The notes below the pieces were generated by a model. That model saw nothing but the letters and a program-made list of their open reading frames with translations, made no database searches and had not been told where the DNA came from. The translations under genes were made by a program, and so were the position numbers. From contig CAVSCD010000014.1 in NCBI GenBank assembly GCA_963726335.1, forward strand, positions 64,169 through 128,168: DNA of 64,000 bases. The letters are read 5' to 3'. Origin of the DNA: Candidatus Aminicenantes bacterium. GTDB lineage: Bacteria; Acidobacteriota; Aminicenantia; Aminicenantales; UBA8522. Of the stretch, positions 51,152 to 63,298 are shown piece after piece. Every line of letters begins with the position of its first letter. Position 1 is the first letter of the stretch.

Positions 51152-51433
51152 TCAGAGATAGCAGATCCCGGACTTGACGACCTCGCCCTCCAGACTGGTC
51201 TCGGCCTCGTCCCGGATCCTTTGCAGCGTCTGGTCGACGAGCTTCCGGTCGCTGCTCAGGGTGACGACGGACATCAGGGCCCGCTGCCAGACGTCCTGAA
51301 AATCCACCTCCGCCACGGCGACGTTGAACCGGCCGCGAACCCGGGTTTTGAAACTGAGCAGGATGCGCCGCTTATCCTTGAGCGAGCGGCAGGCCGGCAG
51401 GAACAACTCCAAGCTGAGGACGCCGATGACCAT
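51152..51433 (-). CDS. DUF503-family protein (YlxP-like)
   Basis: The 93-aa product occupies the conserved position between infB and rbfA. Confidence 0.7.
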   Translation of the reverse strand: MVIGVLSLELFLPACRSLKDKRRILLSFKTRVRGRFNVAVAEVDFQDVWQRALMSVVTLSSDRKLVDQTLQRIRDEAETSLEGEVVKSGICYL

Positions 51434-51448
51434 CCCGGCAACCGCTCG

Positions 51449-53263
51449 TCAGACGGCCCTGGACTTTTCTCTCTGGAAGGCGACGATGATGTCGCCTTGC
51501 TGCATGTCCTTGAACTTGTCCAGGCCGATGCCGCACTCGTAGCCTTTGGTCACTTCGTTCACGTTTTCCTTGAGCCGTTTGAGCGAACCGATCCGGCCCT
51601 CATGAACGACCTGCTGGCCCCGCATCACCCGGATCTCGGCGTTGCGCGTGATCCGGCCGTCGAGGACATAGCAGCCGGCGATGGCCCCGACCTTGGGGAT
51701 CTGGAAGACGCGCCGGATCTCGATGCGGCCCATAAAGACTTCTCTCTCGACGGGCTCGAGCATGCCGACCAGGGCCTTGGCCAGGTCCTCGGTCAGCTGG
51801 TAGATGATGTCGTAGGTCCGGATCTCGACGCCCTCGCGCTTGGCCAATTCCAGCATCTTCTGGCTGGGCTTGACGTTGTAGCCGATAACGATCGCCTTGG
51901 AGGCCGAGGCCAGGACGATATCGGACTCGCTGATGTTCCCGGTCGAGGCGTGGAGGATCCGGATCTTGATCTTGTCGGAGCTCAGGGGCGGCAGGATGTC
52001 CCGCAGGACCTCGACCGACCCCTGCACGTCCGCCTTGACGACGAGGGCCAACTCCTTGGCCTCGCCCTCCTCGATCTTCTTGAACAGCTCGTCCAGCGTG
52101 ACCCGCTCGGCTTTGACGGGCTCGGTCCTCTTGACTTTGGCGAGCCGCCCCGCCAGGATTCTCTTCATGAGGGCCAGGCTCGGGACGACCTGGAAATAAT
52201 CGCCGGCGACCGGCACCTCGGAAAACCCCAGGACCTCGACGGGCATCGACGGTTCGGCCCGCTTGAGCGGCCGGCCGCCCTCTCCGAACAGGGCGCGCAC
52301 CTTGCCGGACGCGGTCCCCGAGACAAACGCCACTCCCGTCGTCAGGATTCCGTGCTGGACGATGACCGTCGCCACCGGGCCTTTCTGGGAATCGAGCCTG
52401 GCCTCGAGGACGACCCCCTGGGCCGGCACTTTACGGTTCGCCTTGATCTCGACAACGTCGGCGAGCAGGAGGATCATCTCCAGGAGCTCGCCCAGGTTCT
52501 TCTTGTCCTTGGCCGAAACCGCGACACTGATCGTCTGGCCGCCCCAGTCCTCGACGAGCAGGCCCTCCTTGGACAACTGCTGCTTGACCCGGTCGATATT
52601 GGCTTCGGGCTTGTCGACCTTGTTGATGGCCACGATGATGGGAACGCCGGCCGCCCGGGCATGACTGATGGCTTCCCTGGTCTGGGGCATCACGCCGTCC
52701 TCGGCGGCGATCACCAGGACGACGATGTCCGTCAGCCGGGCGCCCCGGGCGCGGAGCTGGGTGAAGGCCTCGTGGCCGGGCGTGTCGATGAACGTGATCG
52801 GCCGGTTGTTATAGGTGACCCGATAGGCGCCGATGTGCTGGGTGATGCCCCCGGACTCCTTGCCCACCAGGTTGGAGGAGCGGATGGCGTCGAGCAGCGT
52901 CGTCTTGCCGTGGTCGACGTGGCCCATGATGGTGACGACCGGAGGACGGGGGACGAGATCGGCCGGCTCGCTCAGGGCGATCCTGTGGATATCCTTTTCG
53001 TAGCTCAGGAAGTCGATGTCGCAGTCGGCCGCTTGTCCGATCAGGGCGGAGGAAGCCGGGTCCACGAGCTCCCCGAGCTCGAGGTTCTGTCCCCGGGCGG
53101 CGATCCGGGAGATGAGCTCCTTCGGGTTGAGCATGACCTTTTCGGCGGCCTCGCGCACGGTCAGCCCTTCGGCGAAGACGTGATGACACCGGGCTTTGGG
53201 GGATTCCTCGGACTTGGGTTTTTTCTTGATGACAGGCTTGGGTTTGGGCGTCTCTTTTTTCAT
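51449..53263 (-). CDS. infB: Translation initiation factor IF-2 (short form)
   Basis: The product has a G-domain ([21 protein letters not shown]) and a C-terminal beta-barrel. The start was chosen at [11 protein letters not shown], just after the nusA stop. Confidence 0.9.
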   Translation of the reverse strand: MKKETPKPKPVIKKKPKSEESPKARCHHVFAEGLTVREAAEKVMLNPKELISRIAARGQNLELGELVDPASSALIGQAADCDIDFLSYEKDIHRIALSEPADLVPRPPVVTIMGHVDHGKTTLLDAIRSSNLVGKESGGITQHIGAYRVTYNNRPITFIDTPGHEAFTQLRARGARLTDIVVLVIAAEDGVMPQTREAISHARAAGVPIIVAINKVDKPEANIDRVKQQLSKEGLLVEDWGGQTISVAVSAKDKKNLGELLEMILLLADVVEIKANRKVPAQGVVLEARLDSQKGPVATVIVQHGILTTGVAFVSGTASGKVRALFGEGGRPLKRAEPSMPVEVLGFSEVPVAGDYFQVVPSLALMKRILAGRLAKVKRTEPVKAERVTLDELFKKIEEGEAKELALVVKADVQGSVEVLRDILPPLSSDKIKIRILHASTGNISESDIVLASASKAIVIGYNVKPSQKMLELAKREGVEIRTYDIIYQLTEDLAKALVGMLEPVEREVFMGRIEIRRVFQIPKVGAIAGCYVLDGRITRNAEIRVMRGQQVVHEGRIGSLKRLKENVNEVTKGYECGIGLDKFKDMQQGDIIVAFQREKSRAV

Positions 53264-53265
53264 GT

Positions 53266-54291
53266 TCACACTTGCTTGATCTCGATTTTCCAGCCAACCA
53301 GCCGCGAAGCCAGTTTGACGTTGATCCCCTTCTTGCCGATGGCCAGGGACAGCTGATCCTTGGAGACCATGGCGTGCATGATCTTCTGGTCCTTGTCGAA
53401 GACCATGACCCTCTCGATCCGGGCCGGGCTGAGGGCGGATTTGGCATAGGCCGCCGGGTTGGCGGACCATTCGATGACATCGATCTTCTCGCCCTGGAGC
53501 TCTTTGCTGATGGACAAGATCCGGTTGCCTTTTACCCCGATGCAGGCGCCGACGGGGTCGATGTCCCGTTCCCTGGAGAAGACGGCGACTTTGGCCCTCT
53601 CTCCCGGCTGCCGGACGAGGTCCCGGATCTCGATCTGGCCGTCGGTGATCTCAGGGGTTTCGAGCTCGATCAGTTTCGCCAGGAAGCGGGGATGGGTCCG
53701 GGAGACGAAGATCTGGGGACCTTTGTTAGTCTTCTGGACCTGGGTGATCAGCGCCTTAACGGTCGCGCCCCGCTCGAAAACCTCGTTGGGCAGCTTTTCC
53801 CGGGCGGGGAAGAGGGCTTCGGTCCTGCTGACCTCGAGGATGATGTTGTCGTTCTCGAAGCGGCGGACGGTTCCGGTGATGATCTCGCCCATGCGGGGGG
53901 CGAAATCGACGTAGATTTTTTCCTGTTCCGCGTCCCTGACCTTCTGGAAGATGACCTGCTTGGCCGCCTGGGCGGAGATGCGCCCCAGGGTGTCGGCCGG
54001 GAGGTCGATCTCTACGGTGTCCCCCGGCGACGCCGAGGCCTTGATCTTCCTGGCTTCCTCGAGCGATATCTCCGTTCCTGACGCCTGAGGCTTTTCCGCG
54101 ACCTTTTTCGCGGCATAGACCCGCAACTCTCCCTTCTCAGGACGGAAGGCAACGACGACTTTCTCGTTGTGGCTGAAATAGTTGGCCGAGGCCACCCGGA
54201 GGGATTCCTCGATGGCGCTGATGATCACGGCGGGCTCCACCCCACGCTCTTTGCTGAGCTGGAGAATAGTATTCCACACATTGATCTTCAT
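53266..54291 (-). CDS. nusA: Transcription termination/antitermination factor NusA (no acidic-repeat extension)
   Basis: The product has an N-terminal domain, S1 and two KH domains, with the start at MKINVWNTILQLSKERGV. It lies upstream of infB. Confidence 0.85.
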   Translation of the reverse strand: MKINVWNTILQLSKERGVEPAVIISAIEESLRVASANYFSHNEKVVVAFRPEKGELRVYAAKKVAEKPQASGTEISLEEARKIKASASPGDTVEIDLPADTLGRISAQAAKQVIFQKVRDAEQEKIYVDFAPRMGEIITGTVRRFENDNIILEVSRTEALFPAREKLPNEVFERGATVKALITQVQKTNKGPQIFVSRTHPRFLAKLIELETPEITDGQIEIRDLVRQPGERAKVAVFSRERDIDPVGACIGVKGNRILSISKELQGEKIDVIEWSANPAAYAKSALSPARIERVMVFDKDQKIMHAMVSKDQLSLAIGKKGINVKLASRLVGWKIEIKQV

Positions 54292-54408
54292 CGTCTTGGC
54301 CTCAACCGGGATGAGGGACAAACAGGACGTGATTATAGCGAAAAAATAGGACAATATCAAATGAGCCGGCGGCCGCCGCGGCCGGGGCAACGAACCCGTA
54401 TCTGCCGC

Positions 54409-56691
<2,283 letters not shown>

Positions 56692-56761
56692 TTCGGCATC
56701 TCCTTAATCTGCGGTTTTAACGGGAAATTCCTTCAGCCCTTCGGGCGAAATCGGGAGTGTT

Positions 56762-56790
56762 TGTATAGCATAAATCCCGCCGGAATGCAA
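56762..56790 (-). promoter_or_regulatory. Sigma70-like promoter for hppA (TTGCAT, 17-nt spacer, TATACA, read on the minus strand)
   Basis: On the plus strand, tgtata occupies 56762-56767 and atgcaa 56785-56790, about 70 nt upstream of the hppA ATG with its AAGGAG RBS. Confidence 0.45.
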
Positions 56791-56880
56791 AACGCGAGCC
56801 GCGCAGAGGCGGGACGTCGGGGACATGACCAGCCGCCATCGTTCTAGCTCCCGTTCGGGTTCTTATCGCCACGCCTTTTT

Positions 56881-56975
56881 CCGCAGGCACTCACCAAATC
56901 CGAGTCCGCCCTTATTTCGATAAGGGCGGTAGGTGGGATAAATAGAATAAGAAATAGTCTGAGAGAGTGCCTGCG
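56881..56975. other. Nested stem structure (12-bp outer stem ccgcaggcactc/gagtgcctgcgg enclosing a 9-bp hairpin ccgccctta...taagggcgg and an A-rich tail); candidate structured RNA or regulatory element
   Basis: Read directly from the sequence. It lies in a 620-bp gap with no convincing ORF and lower GC than the flanks. Confidence 0.35.
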
Positions 56976-57308
56976 GTAGGCTCGGCGGCTGCGTAACTCG
57001 CATGTCGGATATGGACGCCATAACTCTGATCTCTGTTTATCAGGTAGGGTTGCCCTGTTATAGCGTTGAGCTCAATACATACTCGCCGCCCGGAACCCGG
57101 GGTTTCCCTCGAAGGACGTTTCGTGAAGACTGAACCCGAAATGGTCGCTGCCTCCGACGGCGGCTGTTCATGTCCTGGCTTTGCCCTCATTTCCGACGTC
57201 ACGGAACCAACATCCGCGCGATATGTGCTCTAAGGATGAGAAAAAGACCAGGGGAAGGGCGTCGATATTAGAGGATATGCGGAATGCCACGAGGGAAAGG
57301 ACATCACC

Positions 57309-57713
57309 ATGAAATCTCGCAATGGTCCGTTGGACAAAACGGGGGCGCGGCGGCCGCAGGACGGCGGGATCGGCGCCGCGGACGCCGTGTTTGCCGCCTT
57401 GGCGGACCTGAAAACGGCCGCCTTCATCAAAACGGTCTTTTCTCAGCCGGAGGAAAGGCCGGCAGTGACCACGGAAAAAGCTCGCTGCCGGCTGGGGAGG
57501 AGACGCTTCTGGGAGGTCGCGATCATCGAAAAACCGCCGACCTCGCCGCCGCTCAAGAACCCGCTGCTCAACGTCGCCCACCTCCTGATCGACGCCGCCG
57601 ACGGTCAGGTGCGGGAGAGATGGTTCCTGACCAAGGTCCAGGACGACGAATACCGGGATTTCCTCAGGGCGAGGTTTCCTCGCCCTGGAGGCTGTAAGGA
57701 CCGGATCCCGTGA
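57309..57713 (+). CDS. Hypothetical protein (134 aa)
   Basis: A GGAAAGGA RBS lies 7 nt upstream of the ATG, and GC3-rich codon usage is consistent with local genes. I recognise no family. The 3' end overlaps the convergent miaB 3' end by about 50 nt. Confidence 0.35.
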   Translation: MKSRNGPLDKTGARRPQDGGIGAADAVFAALADLKTAAFIKTVFSQPEERPAVTTEKARCRLGRRRFWEVAIIEKPPTSPPLKNPLLNVAHLLIDAADGQVRERWFLTKVQDDEYRDFLRARFPRPGGCKDRIP

Positions 57714-58971
57714 TCCGGATGGTGACGAACTCCCCGACGCGCTCGCCGGACGAGGAGAAGTTCACCGCCTGGCTGCTTTCGTTCCGGCCCGAGAAGTGGT
57801 GCGGCGGCTTCTTGCCCCGTCCCAGGCACAGCACCTCCTGGACCTGGCCGACCCGGCGGGCGTTGGCCTCGAGTTGGATATTCTTCTGGACTTCGTGGAC
57901 GGCGGCGAGGCGCCGCTGCTTTTCGTTCTGGGGGATATCGTCGATCAGCCCGGCGGCCTTGGTCAGCGGCCGGGGGGAGTAACGGAACGAGAAGATATTG
58001 GTGAACCTGACCGTCCTCAGGAGGGCGAGGGTCTCTTCGAATTCGTTTTCCGTCTCGCCGGGATAGCCGACGATGACGTCCGTGCTCATGGAGATCTCCG
58101 GCATCAGGCGCCTCAGGCCGGCAATGACCTCGAGATATCTTTCCCTGGAGTAGCCCCGCTTCATCTTCTTCAGGACGGCGTTCGAGCCCGACTGAAGCGG
58201 CAGGTGAAGCTGCCGGCAGATATTGCGTCTCTCGCTCATCACCTCGCCGATCTCCTCCGGGAAGTCCTTGGGATGGGATGTCAGGAACCGAAGCCAGGGG
58301 AGGCCGTCGACCGCGGAGACCTCGCGGAGGAGGCCGGCAAAAGTCCGTCCGGACTCCGGGTCGCGATAGGAATTGACGTTCTGGCCCAGGAGCTGGATCT
58401 CCTTGTAGCCGCTCCGGACGAGGTCCCGCACTTCGGCGAGGATGGACGACAGGGGCCGGCATTTCTCCCGGCCCCGGGTGAAGGGGACGACGCAGTACGC
58501 GCAGAAGTTGTCGCAGCCCTCCATCACAGTCAGGTAGGCGCTGACCGGGCTGGCGCGGAGGATCATGTCCGGCGGAGTCTCATGCCAGTCCCTCGACCAG
58601 CCTGTGGCGGAGATCTTCTCGGATGAAGCCGCCCTCAGGATCTCCGTGAGCTGGGCGTAGTTATCCGGCCCCAGGACGAAGTCCACGGAAAACCGGCGTC
58701 CCAGGAGCTCGAGGCTCCGGAGCTGGGCCACGCAGCCGACGACCCCGACCCGGAGAGGCTGCCGTTCCTTGAGCCGGGTCAGACGGCCGAGGTACGAATA
58801 CAGCTTGTCTTCGGATTTTTCACGGACGGCGCAGGTGTTGACAATGACAAGATCGGCTTCCTCGACGCGAGCGGCGGGAGAGCCCCCCGAGGCCATGATG
58901 ATCCCGGCGATCCGCTCCGAGTCGCTTTCGTTCATCTGGCAGCCAAAAGTCCGGACGAAAAACCTGGTCAT
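57664..58971 (-). CDS. miaB: tRNA methylthiotransferase (radical SAM; MiaB-like)
   Basis: The product has an N-terminal MTTase domain (RTFGCQMNESDSE), a radical-SAM core CDNFCAYC and a C-terminal TRAM domain. The start is at MTRFFVRTFGCQ. Confidence 0.8.
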   Translation of the reverse strand: MTRFFVRTFGCQMNESDSERIAGIIMASGGSPAARVEEADLVIVNTCAVREKSEDKLYSYLGRLTRLKERQPLRVGVVGCVAQLRSLELLGRRFSVDFVLGPDNYAQLTEILRAASSEKISATGWSRDWHETPPDMILRASPVSAYLTVMEGCDNFCAYCVVPFTRGREKCRPLSSILAEVRDLVRSGYKEIQLLGQNVNSYRDPESGRTFAGLLREVSAVDGLPWLRFLTSHPKDFPEEIGEVMSERRNICRQLHLPLQSGSNAVLKKMKRGYSRERYLEVIAGLRRLMPEISMSTDVIVGYPGETENEFEETLALLRTVRFTNIFSFRYSPRPLTKAAGLIDDIPQNEKQRRLAAVHEVQKNIQLEANARRVGQVQEVLCLGRGKKPPHHFSGRNESSQAVNFSSSGERVGEFVTIRITGSGPYSLQGEETSP

Positions 58972-59402
58972 AGGATCACTTCGAGAATCTCGGCGGCCTG
59001 GGACACGAACAGAGAGCACCGCTCCGTAAACAGGCCCCGCCGCCGGGCTTCTTCGTGGCCCTCCGGCGCGCTCAAATCGACGCCGATCAGCTCGCGGCAG
59101 ACGATCGAGCCGTGCCGCTCCCGGAACCTGTTGATGAATTCCAGCACGAGGGCGTAGGTCTTGTCTTTGGCTGCCGCGTCCTCAGGCCGGAACCGGCCGT
59201 GCTGGAGGCCGATGGCCAGCAGGGCGCCCGTGACGGCGCCGCAGGTCGAACCCGTGCCGGCGATGCCGCCTCCGAACGGTTGGGCGATCTTCAGGGCTAT
59301 CGTCCGCTCGAGTCCGAGCGCCTCGCTGAAGGCGGCGAACACAGCCTGGGAGCAGCTGAACCCGGATTCGAAGTTCTCGGCGGCCCGCTGGGCGGCTGTC
59401 AT
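58968..59402 (-). CDS. C_GCAxxG_C_C-family protein
   Basis: The 145-aa product has a Cys near the N-terminus (FSCSQAV) and a G(S)TCGAVTG motif. The start overlaps the recN stop. Confidence 0.6.
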   Translation of the reverse strand: MTAAQRAAENFESGFSCSQAVFAAFSEALGLERTIALKIAQPFGGGIAGTGSTCGAVTGALLAIGLQHGRFRPEDAAAKDKTYALVLEFINRFRERHGSIVCRELIGVDLSAPEGHEEARRRGLFTERCSLFVSQAAEILEVIL

Positions 59403-61102
59403 TCGCGCTTCGCCTTTCTCTGCTCCCGCTGGAGATTGTGGAGGAGCATTTCCCGGGCGTTCTCGACGGCCGTGGGCGTGATCCGGCTTCCCGAAAGCAG
59501 CCGGGAGATCTCGTCCACCCGGGCCTCGAAATCCAGCGGCTCGACCGTCGTGAAGGTCCTGTCCCGTTCGACGGATTTCTCGATCCTGAAGTGCTCCGAA
59601 GCAAAGGAGGCGATCTGGGGAAGATGCGTGATGCAGATGACCTGATGCCTGCCGGAGAGGTCGCGGAGCTTCTCCGCGATGCACTCAGCCGTCTTGCCGC
59701 CGATGCCGGAGTCGATCTCGTCGAAGATGAGCGTTTTCAGGCCGGCCCTTTCCTTGCCGACGGTCTTCAGCGCGAGCATGATCCGGGAGAGCTCTCCTCC
59801 CGAGGCGACCTTCCTCAGCGGCCGCAGCTCCTCGCCGGGGTTCGGGCTGATCAAGAACTCCACTCCGTCCAACCCCGAGTCCCTGGCGCCGCCGGGTTCG
59901 AGCGAAGCCCGCGGCTGCGTTTCCAGATGCACCTGAAAGCGCGCCTTCTTCATGGCCAGAGCCGAGATCTCCTTCTCGACCTGGGCGGCCAGCTTACCGG
60001 CGCCCTCGCCCCGGAGCCGGGACAGCGTCCCGGCCTTCGTCCTGTAATGCTCGATCGTGCCGGCGATCCGGGCATCGATATCGGCGAGCTTCTCCTGGCT
60101 CTGAAGCAGGTCCGCCTGCTCTTCTTCGGCCTTCACCAGGTGCGCCAGCACGGCCTCCACCGTTTCGCCGTATTTTCTCTTCAGCCTTTCGATCGTATCG
60201 AGCCTGGCCTCGACTTCCTCCAGCCTCTCGGGGCCGAGACCCTGGCGTTCCTTGAACCGAATCAGCTGATCTCCCAGCTCGCGGACGGCGATGGCCGCTT
60301 CATCGACGGGTTCCTCGAAAGCCCCGAGCGGCTGGTCATACTGCCCGAGCTCACGGACCGTATCACGGAGCGCGGCGAGGACCGCCGAGGCCGAGCCTTC
60401 GGCGGCGTAGGCCAGGTCGAGAGCCTTGTCCACGAGGCCCGAAATTTTTTCCGCGTTCTTGAGCAGATGGCGCTCGGCGGCCAGGTTCTCCCATTCTCCG
60501 GGCCGGAGGCCGGCGCCCTTGATCTCCCTGACCTGGAAGTCCAGAAAATCGAGCCGCTGCTCCCGCTCCCGCCGGCGCGTCTCGAGCTCCGATTTCTCCC
60601 GAACGAGCGACCGGAGCGCCTGGGAGAGGGCCGCCACGTCGTCGGCGAGGGGGCCGAGACCGGAATACTCGTCGAGGTACTTCCGGTGGTTCTCGGTCTG
60701 GAGGAGGAAGACGTGGTCGTTCTGGCCGTAGATGTCGACCAGGTCCAGGCCGATCTCCCGGAGCCGTTTGACCGGGACAAGGACCCCGTTGACATAGGCT
60801 TTTCCGGTCCCGTCACCGGCCATGCGCCTCTGGATGAGCAGCTCGCCGTCCTCCGAAAAGGGCAAGTCTCCGGCCGGAAGACGGCCCGGCGGCAGCCGGA
60901 AGACGGCCTCGACCGCCGCCTCTTTTTTCCCCGTCCGGATGAGGTCAGGCGACGCCTTCTCGCCCAGGACGAGCTTGAGCCCGTCGATGATGATCGATTT
61001 CCCGGCGCCGGTCTCGCCGGTCAGGATGGAGAAAGCAGGTCCGAAGCGGATCTCCGCGTCCTCGATCGTGGCCAGGTTCCTGATCCGGAGAGAAACTAGC
61101 AT
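59399..61102 (-). CDS. recN: DNA repair protein RecN
   Basis: The 567-aa SMC-like product has a Walker A motif (GETGAGKSI), a long coiled coil and C-terminal signature and Walker B motifs. Confidence 0.95.
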   Translation of the reverse strand: MLVSLRIRNLATIEDAEIRFGPAFSILTGETGAGKSIIIDGLKLVLGEKASPDLIRTGKKEAAVEAVFRLPPGRLPAGDLPFSEDGELLIQRRMAGDGTGKAYVNGVLVPVKRLREIGLDLVDIYGQNDHVFLLQTENHRKYLDEYSGLGPLADDVAALSQALRSLVREKSELETRRREREQRLDFLDFQVREIKGAGLRPGEWENLAAERHLLKNAEKISGLVDKALDLAYAAEGSASAVLAALRDTVRELGQYDQPLGAFEEPVDEAAIAVRELGDQLIRFKERQGLGPERLEEVEARLDTIERLKRKYGETVEAVLAHLVKAEEEQADLLQSQEKLADIDARIAGTIEHYRTKAGTLSRLRGEGAGKLAAQVEKEISALAMKKARFQVHLETQPRASLEPGGARDSGLDGVEFLISPNPGEELRPLRKVASGGELSRIMLALKTVGKERAGLKTLIFDEIDSGIGGKTAECIAEKLRDLSGRHQVICITHLPQIASFASEHFRIEKSVERDRTFTTVEPLDFEARVDEISRLLSGSRITPTAVENAREMLLHNLQREQRKAKRE

Positions 61103-61108
61103 TCCCTG

Positions 61109-62482
61109 TCAGCGGGCGGTGATCTTGATCGGCACCAGGGCCTTGGTCATGTTGATGCGGCCGTATCCGATATCGTCATCCTTGCCGCTCTTCGATCTGG
61201 AATTGACGTCGTCCGACGAGTAGCGGATGACGTCCATGACGCTGTCGGCGTCCAAGTCGGGCTTGAGGCCGGCGATCAGTGCCGCGAGCCCCGCCGCGTG
61301 AGGCGAGGCCATCGATGTCCCGTCGGCGAAGGCGTACGGCTCATCCCCCGGCGAGCCCCCGTTGGCCGCCCAGAACCAGGTGGGGACCGGACAGGCGATC
61401 CGGACTCCCGGCGCCGCCACGTCGACCTGGGGCCCGGGATTGGACCAGGTGGGCCGGGTGTCGTTGTAATCCGTTGCCGCCACGGCCAGGACATAAGCGT
61501 CATACGCGGCGGGGTAGAGGACAGATGTGCCGTCGTTTCCGGAGGCCGCGCAGACAACGACCCCCTTGTCGTGGGCATACCTGACGGCGTCCCTCAGGAT
61601 ATCGGCGGTGTCCTCGCCGCCGATGCTCATGTTGATGACCTTGGCCCCGTTGTCGACCGCCCAGCGGATGCCGGAGACGATCCGGTCGTAGAACCCCGTC
61701 CCTTCGGCGTCGATCACCTTGACCGGCAGGATCCTGCAGTTCCAGGCCACGCCGGCGATACCGGCGCCGTTGTTCGTGTCGGCGGCGGCGATCCCGGCCA
61801 CCATGGTGCCGTGGCCGTTGTCGTCGGTGGCGTCGTTGTCGTCATTGACGAAATCCCTTCCGGAAGACTTGATCTTGGCCTTCAGGTCGGGGTGGAGAAG
61901 ATCGACCCCGGTGTCGATGACGGCGATGGTGATCTCGGCGCTTCCCTTGGTCTCGTCCCAGGCCGCGATGGCCTTGATATCGGCGCCGGATGTCCCCGCC
62001 GGCCCCGCAGCGCCGATCGTCTGCCCGGTGTTCGAGAGCGCATACTGGACCCTGAAAAAAGAGTCGTTCGGCGAGGCGGCGATGCGGGCCGTATAGTTGG
62101 GCTCGGCGTATTCGACATCGGGATTCCGCCTCAGCGCCTGCACCATCTCGTCGACAGTCAGCGATTCGGGGACCCGGTACTTGTAGATCTCGAGGACGGG
62201 GATCCTATCGAGCTTTTCGAGGCCGTAGGCTTTCGATGTCGCTTCGAGAAGCGGCTCGGAGAGCGCGGGCTTGAATTTGACCATGACCTGGCCGGGCGCA
62301 TAGCGCAGCGCCCCGGCCCGGAGCCCGGCCCGGTCGTCCACGGAGCGGCCCGCCCGGGGAGAGATTGATCGCCCCGGGATCTTCCCTTTAAAGGAGCGCT
62401 GCGCTCCGAGGACGAAACCCGCGGCGAAGAAGGCCAGGACGGGTACGATGAGAAGCGCGGTGTGTTTCTTGTGGGCTGTCAT
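61109..62482 (-). CDS. Secreted S8-family (subtilisin-like) serine peptidase
   Basis: The product has a signal peptide and the Asp/His/Ser catalytic triad contexts (VIDTGVD; HGTMVAGIAA; GTSMASPHAAG). Confidence 0.9.
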   Translation of the reverse strand: MTAHKKHTALLIVPVLAFFAAGFVLGAQRSFKGKIPGRSISPRAGRSVDDRAGLRAGALRYAPGQVMVKFKPALSEPLLEATSKAYGLEKLDRIPVLEIYKYRVPESLTVDEMVQALRRNPDVEYAEPNYTARIAASPNDSFFRVQYALSNTGQTIGAAGPAGTSGADIKAIAAWDETKGSAEITIAVIDTGVDLLHPDLKAKIKSSGRDFVNDDNDATDDNGHGTMVAGIAAADTNNGAGIAGVAWNCRILPVKVIDAEGTGFYDRIVSGIRWAVDNGAKVINMSIGGEDTADILRDAVRYAHDKGVVVCAASGNDGTSVLYPAAYDAYVLAVAATDYNDTRPTWSNPGPQVDVAAPGVRIACPVPTWFWAANGGSPGDEPYAFADGTSMASPHAAGLAALIAGLKPDLDADSVMDVIRYSSDDVNSRSKSGKDDDIGYGRINMTKALVPIKITAR

Positions 62483-62500
62483 CGGCTTTTCCTCTCCCGC

Positions 62501-63289
62501 CTAGAATGAGAACATCGTCGCCAGCGTGGCCGAGTAACCGGTGCCGCCGCTCCCAGGATAAACGCCCGCCTCCGCCCTGAGCTTGAGGCCCGGCGAGAGC
62601 GGGATGTCGAGCCCGCCGGCGATCCCGAAGAGGCTCTTGCCTTCGAGGCCTTTTTTCTCCTCGCCGCTCAGGGACTCGATGGACTCGCGCAATTCGAAGC
62701 TGCCCCAGATATAATGGAAAAACGGGAAAAGGTAGGGTGTCACCCGGTTCTCGGCGCCGAAGGCGATCACGGGTCCGATCCGGGCTCGAAACCAGGTCAC
62801 CTTGGCTTCCAGGGTGCCGTCGACCGCCAGCCCGGGGATGTCCCGCTTTTTGGAGGATCCGAGGAGCGCGGTGATCTCGCCCTGAACATCCACCCTGACG
62901 GGAGGACCGGCCGCCAGGACGAGGTCGAACAACCCTCCCAGGGCCGCCCCGCCGCCCGCGCCCGCTTGATAGTCGACCGAAAAGGGGAGCGACCGGAACA
63001 TCAGGCCGCCGATATCCGCCGTGGCGTAGCCGCCGAAGAGCGATATCGAGGACCCCCGGCCGAGCGGGAATTGCAGCACCGCGGCGGCCAGGGCGGAACT
63101 CAAGTCCGAAGTCGAGGCTTCACCCGGATCGTCCCAGCTCACAGTCTGAGAAAAATAATCGACCCTGAATCCCAGGCGCATGCCGTCGCTTGGCGCCTCC
63201 GAGCGCGGTTGGGCGGCCGCGGCGGCCGCCGCGGCAAAGAAAAGGAACAGCACTATCCATGGAGCCGGGAGTCGGCGCCGTTTGATCAT
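62501..63289 (-). CDS. Outer-membrane beta-barrel protein (hypothetical)
   Basis: The product has a signal peptide, alternating amphipathic strands and a C-terminal ...TMFSF ending in Phe. Confidence 0.55.
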   Translation of the reverse strand: MIKRRRLPAPWIVLFLFFAAAAAAAAQPRSEAPSDGMRLGFRVDYFSQTVSWDDPGEASTSDLSSALAAAVLQFPLGRGSSISLFGGYATADIGGLMFRSLPFSVDYQAGAGGGAALGGLFDLVLAAGPPVRVDVQGEITALLGSSKKRDIPGLAVDGTLEAKVTWFRARIGPVIAFGAENRVTPYLFPFFHYIWGSFELRESIESLSGEEKKGLEGKSLFGIAGGLDIPLSPGLKLRAEAGVYPGSGGTGYSATLATMFSF

Positions 63290-63298
63290 GGATCCTCC

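Noticed and set aside
56881-57300. Considered whether this gap encodes tmRNA, RNase P RNA, SRP RNA or 6S RNA
   Set aside because: I see no tRNA-like acceptor or T-arm (GGTTCGANTCC) for tmRNA, no GGAAAGUCCGG or ACAGAACCCGGCUUA blocks for RNase P, and no GGAAGCAGC domain-IV motif for SRP RNA. Only a CUCUGUUUAUCAGGU string partially resembles the 5' part of 4.5S RNA. 6S RNA cannot be judged by eye.
57230-57310. Possible cobalamin-riboswitch B12-box-like string (gaatGCCACgagGGAAAGGacatcacc) just upstream of ORF 57309
   Set aside because: It has only a short partial resemblance to the GCCACUG...GGGAAGG region. The upstream conserved elements of the riboswitch (GGUG..AAUCC..GCGG) are not evident, and the downstream ORF is not a B12-related gene.
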